Shown here: positions 8,741 to 18,916 of the stretch, one piece after another | How positions within the stretch are numbered: the stretch's first letter is position 1 | Layout of the letters: the number at the start of each line of letters is the position of its first letter | Source of the DNA: Pseudomonadota bacterium | Lineage (GTDB): Bacteria; Pseudomonadota; Gammaproteobacteria; Pseudomonadales; UBA5518 | Length of the DNA stretch: 41,879 nt | NCBI GenBank assembly: GCA_963204845.1 | Contig: CAUJIL010000162.1 | Coordinates: 1-41,879, forward strand | Direction: 5' to 3' | Program-made: the position numbers and the translations under genes | The notes under the pieces: model-generated | What the model was told of the DNA's origin: nothing | The model's input: only the letters and a program-made list of their open reading frames with translations | Databases searched by the model: none

Positions 8741-9312
8741 CAGCGGTGATCTCCGAGCTGTTCGCGTAGCGCTTGCAGCGCACGCGAGTAGTGCGTCTTC
8801 ACGCTGCCCTCGCCGCAGCCCATCGCGACCGCGGTCTCCGCGGTGGACAAACCCTCCCAGCAGCGCAGCATGAATGCCTGGCGCTGGCGCTCCGGCAGGC
8901 GGGCCACCGCCTGCATCAGTGCGCCGGCCGCTTCCTCGCCGGCGATCAGCCGCGCCGGATCGGTCACGGCCGGGTCGGCGATTTGCGCCAGCGGCTCGTC
9001 GTCGCGCTCGTCGCGGCCGCGCTCCATCCAACCGAACAGGCGCGCGCGGATCACGCGCCGTCGCCGCGTATCGGTGATGCGGTTCCGGAGCATGCGATAG
9101 AACAGCGGCCGCCACTCCGCGGGCGGCCTGCCGGCGTAACGCTGCACCAGACGCAGCATCGTGTCCTGCAGGGCGTCGAGCGCGTCGTCCTCGTTGCCGA
9201 GCGCGAGGCGTGCCATCAGGAAGCCGCGGCGCTCGATGGAGCGCAGGAAGGTTTCCAGGTCGGCTGCCACGCCCGTGGCATCGTCCGCGTCGCTGTCGTC
9301 ACTCTGGCGCAT
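8740..9312 (-). CDS. ECF-type RNA polymerase sigma-70 family factor
   Basis: 190 aa. Region 2 reads ALDALQDTMLRLVQRY...WRPLFYRMLRNRITD. Region 4 HTH reads LPERQRQAFMLRCWEGLSTAETAVAMGCGEGSVKTHYSRA. Confidence 0.9.
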   Translation of the reverse strand: MRQSDDSDADDATGVAADLETFLRSIERRGFLMARLALGNEDDALDALQDTMLRLVQRYAGRPPAEWRPLFYRMLRNRITDTRRRRVIRARLFGWMERGRDERDDEPLAQIADPAVTDPARLIAGEEAAGALMQAVARLPERQRQAFMLRCWEGLSTAETAVAMGCGEGSVKTHYSRALQALREQLGDHR

Positions 9313-9578
9313 TGCTTTCCCGGGGCATGGCCACGCGCGTCGGCATCACGTTCGATGCGCTGGCTAGAACGCGCGGTACCCGGATCGGTTGACACCGGGA
9401 GCGCATTGCGGCGCAGGTTACGCCAGCGGTGTCGCATCGGTCCATGACCAGGCCGGCGCATTCAGGAGTCCGAGCTACCCGAACAGGGGCATGCGCGGGC
9501 GGTGGGGCGCTGCGATCGCGCCCGCGATGCGCGATACTCGCCGGCTGTGCGTGGTGCTGGCGGACAGGAGGGCGCGCG

Positions 9579-10058
9579 GTGGCGGAATCGATACTGAAGC
9601 GGGTTGGCTGGCTGGCCGAGCTGCGCAGTCGCTGGATGGCGATGCTGCGCAATCTCATCACGCGCGGCAACCTCTGGCTGCTGCGCTTCTCCGGCGGACG
9701 GCTGGGCAACACGTTCCTCCGGCGCTCGGTGATGCTGCTGCACACGATCGGGCATCGCAGTGGTGTCGAGCGCGTCATTCCCATCTTCTACCTTGCAGAT
9801 GGCGAACGCATCGTGCTGGTCGCCTCGAACGCGGGCACCACCACCGACCCCGCGTGGCTGCTCAATATTCGCGCGCATCCTGTGGTTGCCGTTACGATCC
9901 GCGGCCACAGGCGGGCGATGACGGCCCGCGTCGCCGATGACGACGAACACCGGCACTACTGGCCGCGCGTGGCCGAGATGTTCCCGGTCTGGGAGATGGT
10001 GCAGAACAACAGCCTGCGCCGCTTCCCCATCGTGGTGCTCGAACCGCGCGCCGACTGA
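9579..10058 (+). CDS. DUF385 / deazaflavin-dependent nitroreductase-family protein
   Basis: Part of track ORF 9429..10058. AGGAGG at 9566-9571 sits 7 nt before GTG 9579. The family pattern is ...LLHTIGHRSGVERVIPIFYLADGERIVLVASNAGTTTDPAWLLNIRAHP. ATG 9636 is an alternative start. Confidence 0.7.
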   Translation: MAESILKRVGWLAELRSRWMAMLRNLITRGNLWLLRFSGGRLGNTFLRRSVMLLHTIGHRSGVERVIPIFYLADGERIVLVASNAGTTTDPAWLLNIRAHPVVAVTIRGHRRAMTARVADDDEHRHYWPRVAEMFPVWEMVQNNSLRRFPIVVLEPRAD

Positions 10059-10165
10059 GCCGCGCACTGTAATCCCCCAGTAATGAAGCGCGGCGTCATT
10101 CGCGCCGGTGCGGTCCTATACTCCGGCGCACTCGCAGGACGGTCCTGGAGCGCTGGAGTGAACGC

Positions 10166-11854
10166 ATGACGTGGGACGAAGAAGTCGACTGGCTGGTGGT
10201 CGGTTCCGGGGCGGCCGGCATGACCTCGGCGCTGCGCGCCGCGGACCTCGGCGCGCGCACGCTGCTGATCGAGAAGTCGGGGCGTTTCGGTGGCTCCACC
10301 GCCATGTCCGGTGGCGCGATCTGGGTGCCGGCGAATCCGGGCATGGCGGCGCTGGGTATCCCCGATTCGCGTGAGGACGGGCTGCGTTACCTGGAACACA
10401 TCGTCGCCGGCCGGGTACCGCCCGAGCGGCTCGCGGCCTACGTCGAGACGGCACCGCGGATGGTCGAGTATCTGGCCACGCGCAGCCACGTGGTATTCGA
10501 GCCGGTCCCCACCTACTGCGACTACTACGCCGAGGCACCCGGCGGCAAGCCCGGTGCGCGCACGATCGAGCCACCGGAGTTCGAGGCCATGCGGCTGGGC
10601 GCCGAGCGAATGCGACAGCGGTTCGGTTTCGAGCACAGCCGGCCGTTGCCGTTCATGAGCCTCAAGGCTTCCGACGTCCCCGCGCTGCTGCTCGGCGGGT
10701 GGCCCCGGATCGCGCTGGTGGCGCGGCGCGCCGCCGGTTACTACCTGAACCTGCGCGCGCGTCTCGCCGGCGCCGGCAACACCTGCTACACGCTGGGCGC
10801 CTCGTTGATCGCGCGGTTGCGGCTGTCGCTGACCGATCGCGCCGTGCCCTTGTGGCTGGATTCGCCGTTGCGCGAACTGGTGCTCGAGGACGGGCGGGTC
10901 ACCGGCGCCGTGGTCGACCGCGCGGGCCGCCCGGTGCGCGTGCGTGCGCTGCGTGGCGTGATGCTCGCCGCCGGCGGCTTCGAGAAGAACGCCGCGTTGC
11001 GCCAGCGCTACCAGGAAATGCCGATCGGTGCCGACTGGGCGGCCGGCTGCCCGAGCAACGAGGGGGATGCGATCGTGCTCGCCGAGCGCACCGGCGCGGC
11101 GCTGGACCTGATGGACCAGGCGTGGTGGTGCCCGGTGTTCAAGGTGCCGGGTGACCCGCATCCGCGTGTGATCGTGATGGAAAAAGGCATGCCGGGCTCG
11201 ATGCTGGTCGATGCTGCGGGCCGGCGCTTTGTCAACGAATCCTCGCCGTACAACGACTTCGTGAAGGGCATGTACGCGGCGCATCGCAGCGGTACGCCGG
11301 CGATTCCTGCGCATCTGGTGTTCGACGCGACGTTCCGCTGGCGCTATCCGGTGGGCCCGGTGCGCCCGGGTTCGATCCAGCCGGACGCCGCGCTGCCGTC
11401 CGCGATTCGTGACGGCTTCCTGGCCAAGGGAGATTCGCTGGCGGAACTCGCGCGTGCGATCGGCGTCGATGCGGACGGGCTAGAGGCGAGCGTCGCGCGC
11501 TTCAACGGATTCGCACGCAGCGGTCGTGACGAGGATTTCGGTCGTGGTGACACGCTGTCGGACCGTTATTACAGCGATCCGCAGGTGGCCCCGAATCCGT
11601 GTCTGGCGCCCATCGAGAAGCCGCCGTTCTACGCGGTGAAGGTCTACCCGGGCGACCTGGGCACCAAGGGCGGCGTGGTCACCGACGCCCACGCCCGCGC
11701 GCTCGATCGCGCCGGGCAGCCGATGCCGGGGCTGTACGCCGCGGGCAACTGTTCCGCGTCGGTCATGGGGGAAACCTATCCGGGTGCCGGCGGCACCATC
11801 GGCCCGGCGATGGTGTTCGGTTTCCTGGGCGCCGAACACGGCTGCGCCGGCTAG
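10166..11854 (+). CDS. FAD-binding dehydrogenase, 3-oxosteroid 1-dehydrogenase (KstD)-like
   Basis: The N-terminus DWLVVGSGAAGMTSALRAADLGARTLLIEKSGRFGGSTAMSGGAIW is an FAD dinucleotide fold. The C-terminus GLYAAGN...G..YPGAGGTIGPAMVFG is typical of the KstD/fumarate-reductase-like family. Confidence 0.85.
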   Translation: MTWDEEVDWLVVGSGAAGMTSALRAADLGARTLLIEKSGRFGGSTAMSGGAIWVPANPGMAALGIPDSREDGLRYLEHIVAGRVPPERLAAYVETAPRMVEYLATRSHVVFEPVPTYCDYYAEAPGGKPGARTIEPPEFEAMRLGAERMRQRFGFEHSRPLPFMSLKASDVPALLLGGWPRIALVARRAAGYYLNLRARLAGAGNTCYTLGASLIARLRLSLTDRAVPLWLDSPLRELVLEDGRVTGAVVDRAGRPVRVRALRGVMLAAGGFEKNAALRQRYQEMPIGADWAAGCPSNEGDAIVLAERTGAALDLMDQAWWCPVFKVPGDPHPRVIVMEKGMPGSMLVDAAGRRFVNESSPYNDFVKGMYAAHRSGTPAIPAHLVFDATFRWRYPVGPVRPGSIQPDAALPSAIRDGFLAKGDSLAELARAIGVDADGLEASVARFNGFARSGRDEDFGRGDTLSDRYYSDPQVAPNPCLAPIEKPPFYAVKVYPGDLGTKGGVVTDAHARALDRAGQPMPGLYAAGNCSASVMGETYPGAGGTIGPAMVFGFLGAEHGCAG

Positions 11855-11859
11855 CGATC

Positions 11860-12621
11860 TCAGCGATCCTGCCAGCGCGGCGGGCGCTTCCCGAGGAAAG
11901 CCTGCACGCCTTCCAGCGTGTCGGCGCTTTGCGAGACCTCGCGTACCAGCCGGCGTTCCAGCGCGAGTGCCTCCTCGAGCGGCAGCGCGACGCCCTCGCG
12001 CACCGCGCGCAGGATCGCACGCTGCGGCACCAGGCTGTGGCGGGTGATCGTGCCGACCAGTTCCGCCGCGCACGCGATCACGTCGTCGGTGTCCTCGCAG
12101 ACGCGGTTGACCAGCCCGATCGCGGCGGCGGTCGCGCCGTCCACCGGGTCGCCGCCGAGAATCATCTCGAGCGCCCGGTTCTCGCCGACCAGGCGCGGCA
12201 GCAGTTGCGTGCCGCCGTAGGCCGGCAGCAGCCCGAGCTTGATCTCGGGCAGTCCGAGCCGCGCGCCCCGGCGCGCGACGCGGAAGGTGCACGCCAGCGC
12301 GAGCTCCAGTCCGCCGCCGAGCGCGAGGCCGTTGATCGCGGCGACGATCGGCTTCGGATAGTCGCGCAGGCGCACGATCAGCGCGTGCACGCGCTGCACG
12401 CGCCGTTGCGGATCGTCATGCGGCTCGCTGAGGTCGCTGCCGGCGCAGAATGCCCGGCCGGCGCCGCTCAGGATCAGGGCGCGGCTGTCGCTGCCCTGCT
12501 CCTCGTCGAGGATTTGCTCGAGCCGGTCGAGCATCGGGTTCGTTATCGTGTTCAGCACATCCGGGCGGTTCAGCGTCAGCAGCACGCACGCTCCGCGCCG
12601 CTCGCTCTGCACTACGTCCAT
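11860..12621 (-). CDS. Enoyl-CoA hydratase/isomerase (crotonase) family protein
   Basis: Crotonase pattern: LNRPDVLNTI...FCAGSDL...PIVAAINGLALGGGLELALAC. AGGAGA sits 7 nt before ATG 12621. The track start at 12642 is an alternative. Confidence 0.9.
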   Translation of the reverse strand: MDVVQSERRGACVLLTLNRPDVLNTITNPMLDRLEQILDEEQGSDSRALILSGAGRAFCAGSDLSEPHDDPQRRVQRVHALIVRLRDYPKPIVAAINGLALGGGLELALACTFRVARRGARLGLPEIKLGLLPAYGGTQLLPRLVGENRALEMILGGDPVDGATAAAIGLVNRVCEDTDDVIACAAELVGTITRHSLVPQRAILRAVREGVALPLEEALALERRLVREVSQSADTLEGVQAFLGKRPPRWQDR

Positions 12622-12663
12622 CGTCGGGTCTCCTGGTGCCATGGTGGGTCGGATCGGTGCGCC

Positions 12664-14451
<1,788 letters not shown>

Positions 14452-14473
14452 CGCGGGCGTGCTTCCTCGATCA

Positions 14474-14896
14474 TCATTCGACGGTGACCGTGATCCGCTC
14501 CGACATCACCGGCGGCTGGTGCGGGCGGTGCAGGTGGTCGCCGAGCAGCAATTGCAGGCTATGCGTGCCCGGGGCGAGCTCGAGCGTGATTTCGGTCTGC
14601 CCGGCGCCGAAATGCCGGTGTTGCTCGTCGGCCGGGATCGGCTGGTCGAGCGCGGGCGGCGTGTCCAGGTCGATCAGCAGGTGATGGTGTCCGGTAGCGG
14701 GATGGGCCACCCCGGCCGGCGCCACACCCATGCCGCGCAGACCGAAGCGCACGGTCACGGGGTTCGCGAGCACCGTGCCGTCGGCCGGCTCGATGAAGTA
14801 GACCTCGGCACCTTGCGGGGCGGGTGTCGCGGCACCGGCACCAATCGCGAACAGTGCCAGCATGGCGGCACCGAGATGGCGATGGAACGTGTTCAT
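14474..14896 (-). CDS. DUF4399-like secreted protein
   Basis: Internal ATG 14896 is preceded by GAGGAG. Signal peptide MNTFHRHLGAAMLALFAIGAGAA. The conserved block is GHHHLLID...HFG.GQTE..L.L.PG.H.L.L. Confidence 0.75.
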   Translation of the reverse strand: MNTFHRHLGAAMLALFAIGAGAATPAPQGAEVYFIEPADGTVLANPVTVRFGLRGMGVAPAGVAHPATGHHHLLIDLDTPPALDQPIPADEQHRHFGAGQTEITLELAPGTHSLQLLLGDHLHRPHQPPVMSERITVTVE

Positions 14897-14996
14897 GGGG
14901 GCACTCCTCATGCCGTGATTCGCCCGGCAGCATAACAAATGCCACACCGGGCCGGTCGCGGCGACCGCGGGTCCCGGTACCGGTTAGAATCCGTCC

Positions 14997-17171
14997 ATGC
15001 ACGCCGAACACATCCTCGACGGACTCAATCCCTCGCAGCGCGAGGCGGTCACCGCCGCCGCCGACGCGAACCTGCTCGTGCTGGCCGGTGCCGGCAGCGG
15101 CAAGACCCGCGTGCTGGTGCACCGCATCGCGTGGTTGATCTACCACGAAGGCTTCTCGCCGCACGCGCTGCTGGCGGTCACGTTCACGAACAAGGCCGCG
15201 CGCGAGATGCGCGCGCGGATCGAGGAGATGACCGCGTTGTCGACCCGCGCCATGTGGGTGGGCACCTTCCACGGGCTTGCGCACCGGCTGCTGAAGGCGC
15301 ACTGGCACGAGGCCGGGCTGGCGCAGAACTTCCAGATCCTCGACTCCGACGACCAGTTGCGCGTCGTCAAGCGCGTTTACCGCGACCTCGGCATCGACGA
15401 GGACCGCTACCCGCCCCGGCAGGCGCAGGGCTGGATCAACGCGCACAAGGACGAGGGGCGGCGCGCCGCGCACATCGAGGACTTCGGGCACGACCGCTTC
15501 CACGCCACGATGCTGGCCGTCTACCGCGGCTACGAGTCCGCCTGCGAACGCGGCGGCCTGGCGGACTTCGCCGAGCTGCTGTTGCGCTCTCACGAGCTGT
15601 GGCTGAAGGACGCGGCACTGCTTGCGCACTATCGCGAGCGCTTCCGTCACATCCTGGTCGACGAGTTCCAGGACACCAACACGATCCAGTACGCGTGGCT
15701 GCGCGTGCTGGCCGGAGACTCCGCGCGCCTCACTGCGGTCGGGGACGACGACCAGTCGATCTACGGCTGGCGCGGCGCGAAGATCGAGAACATCCACCGC
15801 TTCGAGCGCGATTTCGTCGACACCCACATCGTGCGTCTCGAGCAGAACTACCGCTCGACCGGTGTGATCCTCGACGCCGCGAACGCCGTGATCGCCAACA
15901 ACCGCGGACGTTTCGGCAAGCAGCTGTGGACCAGCGGCGACAAGGGTGAGCCGATCACGCTGTATGCGGCGTTCAACGAGCAGGACGAGGCTCGGTTCAT
16001 CGTCGACCATATCCGCGAATGGATCGCCGCCGGCCACGCGCGCGCCGACGCCGCGGTGCTCTATCGCTCGAACGCACAGTCGCGGGTGCTCGAGGAGGCG
16101 CTGCTGCGTTGCTCGATTCCGTATCGCGTCTACGGCGGCCAGCGCTTCTACGAACGCCTCGAGATCAGGAACGCGCTGGCGTATCTGCGCCTGCTCGGCA
16201 ACCGTGACGACGACGCGGCGTTCGAGCGCGTCGTGAACACGCCGCCGCGCGGCATCGGCAACGCCACGCTCGAGCTGCTGCGCCAGCACGCGCGCACCGA
16301 CGGCGCCTCGCTGTGGCAGTCCGCCGCCCCGGTGGCGACCGAGTTGCCGGCGCGCGCCCGCAACGCACTGGCGGGATTCCTGGCGCTCGTCGACCGGCTG
16401 CAGCTCGAAACACGGGACCTGGAGCTCTCCACGCTGGTCGATCACGTGCTCGGCGTAACCGGGCTGCTCGATTTCCACCGCAACGAGAAAGGCGAGCGCG
16501 GGCTGACGCGTGCGGAGAACCTCGACGAACTGGTCAGCGCCTGCCGCCAGTTCGTTCCCGACGATCCGCAGCAGGACGTGCTGCAGCAGTTCCTGGCCAG
16601 CGCCTCGCTCGACGCCGGCGAGGGGCAGGCCGACGAGCACGAGGACAGCGTGCAGCTGATGACCCTGCATTCGGCGAAGGGGCTCGAGTTCCCGCTGGTG
16701 TTCATCGCCGGGATGGAGGAAAACCTGTTTCCGCACCGCATGTCGATCGAGGAGCCGGGGCGGCTCGAGGAAGAGCGCCGCCTTGCCTACGTCGGCATCA
16801 CGCGCGCGATGCGGTCGCTGTATCTCAGCTACGCCGAGTCGCGGCGGCTGCACGGCATGGAGACGCGCAACACCCCGTCGCGCTTCCTGCGCGAAATCCC
16901 GCCGGCGCTGTTGCGCGAGGTGCGGCCACGCGTCTCGGTAGCGCGCCCGACCACGTTCGGGGGCGGCTTCGGCGCCGGTGCGGCGCAGCGGGCCGAAGCG
17001 TTGCCGGGCGGGTTGCGGCTGGGGCAGAGCGTGCTCCACCCGAGCTTCGGCGAGGGCGTGGTGATCGACTTCGAGGGCCAGGGCGCGAGCGCTCGGGTCA
17101 GCGTGAACTTCCGCTCCGCGGGTGCCAAGTGGCTGGTGCTGTCCTATGCCAGGCTGGAACCGATCGGCTGA
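14997..17171 (+). CDS. uvrD: DNA helicase II (UvrD)
   Basis: 724 aa. SF1 helicase motifs are present: LNPSQREAV, AGAGSGKT, FTNKAAREM, VDEFQDTN, YRS..., SAKGLEF, YVGITRA. Confidence 0.95.
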   Translation: MHAEHILDGLNPSQREAVTAAADANLLVLAGAGSGKTRVLVHRIAWLIYHEGFSPHALLAVTFTNKAAREMRARIEEMTALSTRAMWVGTFHGLAHRLLKAHWHEAGLAQNFQILDSDDQLRVVKRVYRDLGIDEDRYPPRQAQGWINAHKDEGRRAAHIEDFGHDRFHATMLAVYRGYESACERGGLADFAELLLRSHELWLKDAALLAHYRERFRHILVDEFQDTNTIQYAWLRVLAGDSARLTAVGDDDQSIYGWRGAKIENIHRFERDFVDTHIVRLEQNYRSTGVILDAANAVIANNRGRFGKQLWTSGDKGEPITLYAAFNEQDEARFIVDHIREWIAAGHARADAAVLYRSNAQSRVLEEALLRCSIPYRVYGGQRFYERLEIRNALAYLRLLGNRDDDAAFERVVNTPPRGIGNATLELLRQHARTDGASLWQSAAPVATELPARARNALAGFLALVDRLQLETRDLELSTLVDHVLGVTGLLDFHRNEKGERGLTRAENLDELVSACRQFVPDDPQQDVLQQFLASASLDAGEGQADEHEDSVQLMTLHSAKGLEFPLVFIAGMEENLFPHRMSIEEPGRLEEERRLAYVGITRAMRSLYLSYAESRRLHGMETRNTPSRFLREIPPALLREVRPRVSVARPTTFGGGFGAGAAQRAEALPGGLRLGQSVLHPSFGEGVVIDFEGQGASARVSVNFRSAGAKWLVLSYARLEPIG

Positions 17172-17186
17172 GTACCGTTGGCGCCG

Positions 17187-17597
17187 CTAGTTCTGCGGCA
17201 CCGCCCGCGTGCGGCCGTTCTCGTCGATCGCGACGAACACGAAGGTGCCTTCGGTGACCTTCTCGACGATCGGTGCGGCTCCGGCGATGCCGGTCAGCCG
17301 CGACCACACCTCGACCTGCACCTGGATCGAGCTGCGACCGACCGCGACCACCTGGCTATAGCAGCTCACGACGGCCCCGACCTTCACCGGCACCATGAAG
17401 CTCATGCGGTCGATCGCGACCGTGGCGACCCGGCCCCCCGCCACCTTCGATGCGGCGACCCCACCGGCCAGGTCCATTTGCGACAGTAGCCAGCCGCCGA
17501 AGATGTCGCCGTTGGCGTTGGTATCCTTCGGCATCGCGATGGTCTGCAGGGCGAGTTCGCCGCTGGGTCCCGGGGACTCGTCACTGTGTGTTGCCAT
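17187..17597 (-). CDS. Acyl-CoA thioesterase (YciA-like hotdog fold)
   Basis: This is the last 136 aa of track ORF 17187..18653. PKDTNANGDIFGGWLLSQMDLAGG is characteristic of the YciA family. Confidence 0.9.
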   Translation of the reverse strand: MATHSDESPGPSGELALQTIAMPKDTNANGDIFGGWLLSQMDLAGGVAASKVAGGRVATVAIDRMSFMVPVKVGAVVSCYSQVVAVGRSSIQVQVEVWSRLTGIAGAAPIVEKVTEGTFVFVAIDENGRTRAVPQN

Positions 17598-17635
17598 CTG
17601 GGTGGACTCCTCTGAGTGGGGGTTTCGATACAGGT

Positions 17636-18916
17636 TCAGTCGTTGTTCGCTGCGCCGGTGAGCCGCGCGGCGCGCTCGCGCGCGAACGCGGCCGCCACCG
17701 AGTTCCCGCCCGCAATGGCCGCGTAGCGCTGGCGGGCGCCAGCGGTGTCGCCGCGTGCGCGCGCGAGCTCGGCAAGCCCCAGCGTGGCTTCCTCGCTGGG
17801 GAGCAGGCGGTTCGCGGTCTGCAGATCGTCGCCCGCGGGCTCCAGGTTGCCCCGCGCCAGGTGCTGCAGGCCGCGCAGCAGGTACGGACGGTGGAAACCG
17901 GGGTTCAGCGCGATCGCACGGTTCAGGCCGGTGAACGCATCGGCCGGCCGGCCGAGCTGCGCCGCTGCCACGGCGTGCAGTTCGTGGAACAGCGCCTCGC
18001 GCGGTTGCAGCGCCAGCGCCTCGCGGGCCGCCGCGAGCGCCTCGGCGTTCTGCCCTGCCGCGAGCGCCGTGATGCCGCGCTCGTAGATCACGTAGGCCGG
18101 CCGGTCGCGCACCAGCCGCGCCGTGCGCTCGCGAAAACGCGCCTCGCCGCGATCGCCACCACCGAGCTTCTGCGCCGCGCGCCCCGCGGCCTCGGCGCGT
18201 TCGGCCGACGGAGGCTGTGCGGCGAACGGACCCGCGCTCCAGTCTGCCTCGGCGGTCACGCCAGCCAGCCTCTGCAGCAGCCGTGGCAAGGCCTGCGGGT
18301 CGTAGCCGGCACGCGCGAGCCGTGCAAGCGCGGCCTGGTCGGCTGCGAATGCCTCGGCGGTGCTCGACGCGAGGGCCGGCGTGCCGCTTGCGCCGGTGCG
18401 CAACGTGATCTGGTCCCACGCGGCGCCGTCGCGCAAGGTCCCGATCGCCGTCAGCGACGCCGGCGCGTCGGCAGGTGGGCTCCCGGTGCCGACGTCCGCA
18501 GGACGCAGCGCGTGATCGATCGCCAGCGCGAACAATGCCGCGAGCTCGGCCTCGTCGTCGAGGCGTGCGAGCAGTCCTCGGCTCAGCGCGATCTTGCCTC
18601 CAGGCAGCGCCCACAGTGACGGCGCCGAGCGGTTCAGTACCACGAACTCCCACGGCAACCGCGGTTGTTCGCCGAGGCGCGCCAGCGTTTCACCGATCCC
18701 GGCGACGTAGCCGCCGAGCACGGGATCCGGTGCGTGGACGCCACCGGCGCGCTGCTGCAGCGTCGCGAACAGGGCCTCGCCGAGGCGGATGCGTTCCGGG
18801 GCGCTCGGCAGCGTCTCCGCGGGCGACCCGCCGCGGTGCTCGCTCGTGCAGCCCGGCAGCAGCAGGCTGGCGAACAGCAGCGCAGCGAGGCATCGGCGCA
18901 GGCGCATGCGCTTCAT
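17636..18916 (-). CDS. M48-like lipoprotein with C-terminal TPR repeats; the HExxH zinc motif is degenerate
   Basis: Lipobox LLLPGC. The M48 core reads LWALPGGKIALSRGLLARLDDEAELAALFALAIDHAL, so LAIDH sits where HEIGH is expected. The TPR-like C-terminal half includes ...AEALAAAREALALQPREALFHE.... Its start overlaps the ubiA stop as ATGA. Confidence 0.75.
   Translation of the reverse strand: MKRMRLRRCLAALLFASLLLPGCTSEHRGGSPAETLPSAPERIRLGEALFATLQQRAGGVHAPDPVLGGYVAGIGETLARLGEQPRLPWEFVVLNRSAPSLWALPGGKIALSRGLLARLDDEAELAALFALAIDHALRPADVGTGSPPADAPASLTAIGTLRDGAAWDQITLRTGASGTPALASSTAEAFAADQAALARLARAGYDPQALPRLLQRLAGVTAEADWSAGPFAAQPPSAERAEAAGRAAQKLGGGDRGEARFRERTARLVRDRPAYVIYERGITALAAGQNAEALAAAREALALQPREALFHELHAVAAAQLGRPADAFTGLNRAIALNPGFHRPYLLRGLQHLARGNLEPAGDDLQTANRLLPSEEATLGLAELARARGDTAGARQRYAAIAGGNSVAAAFARERAARLTGAANND

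Noticed and set aside
9313-9578. Searched the 266-bp region upstream of the ECF sigma gene for an autoregulated ECF promoter (GAAC...CGT) and for a sigma70 promoter. A perfect TTGACA lies at 9389-9394 on the plus strand.
   Set aside because: The GAAC-to-CGT spacing (about 14 nt) does not fit common ECF promoters. The TTGACA has no acceptable -10 at 16-19 bp. No small ORF or structured-RNA signature was convincing.
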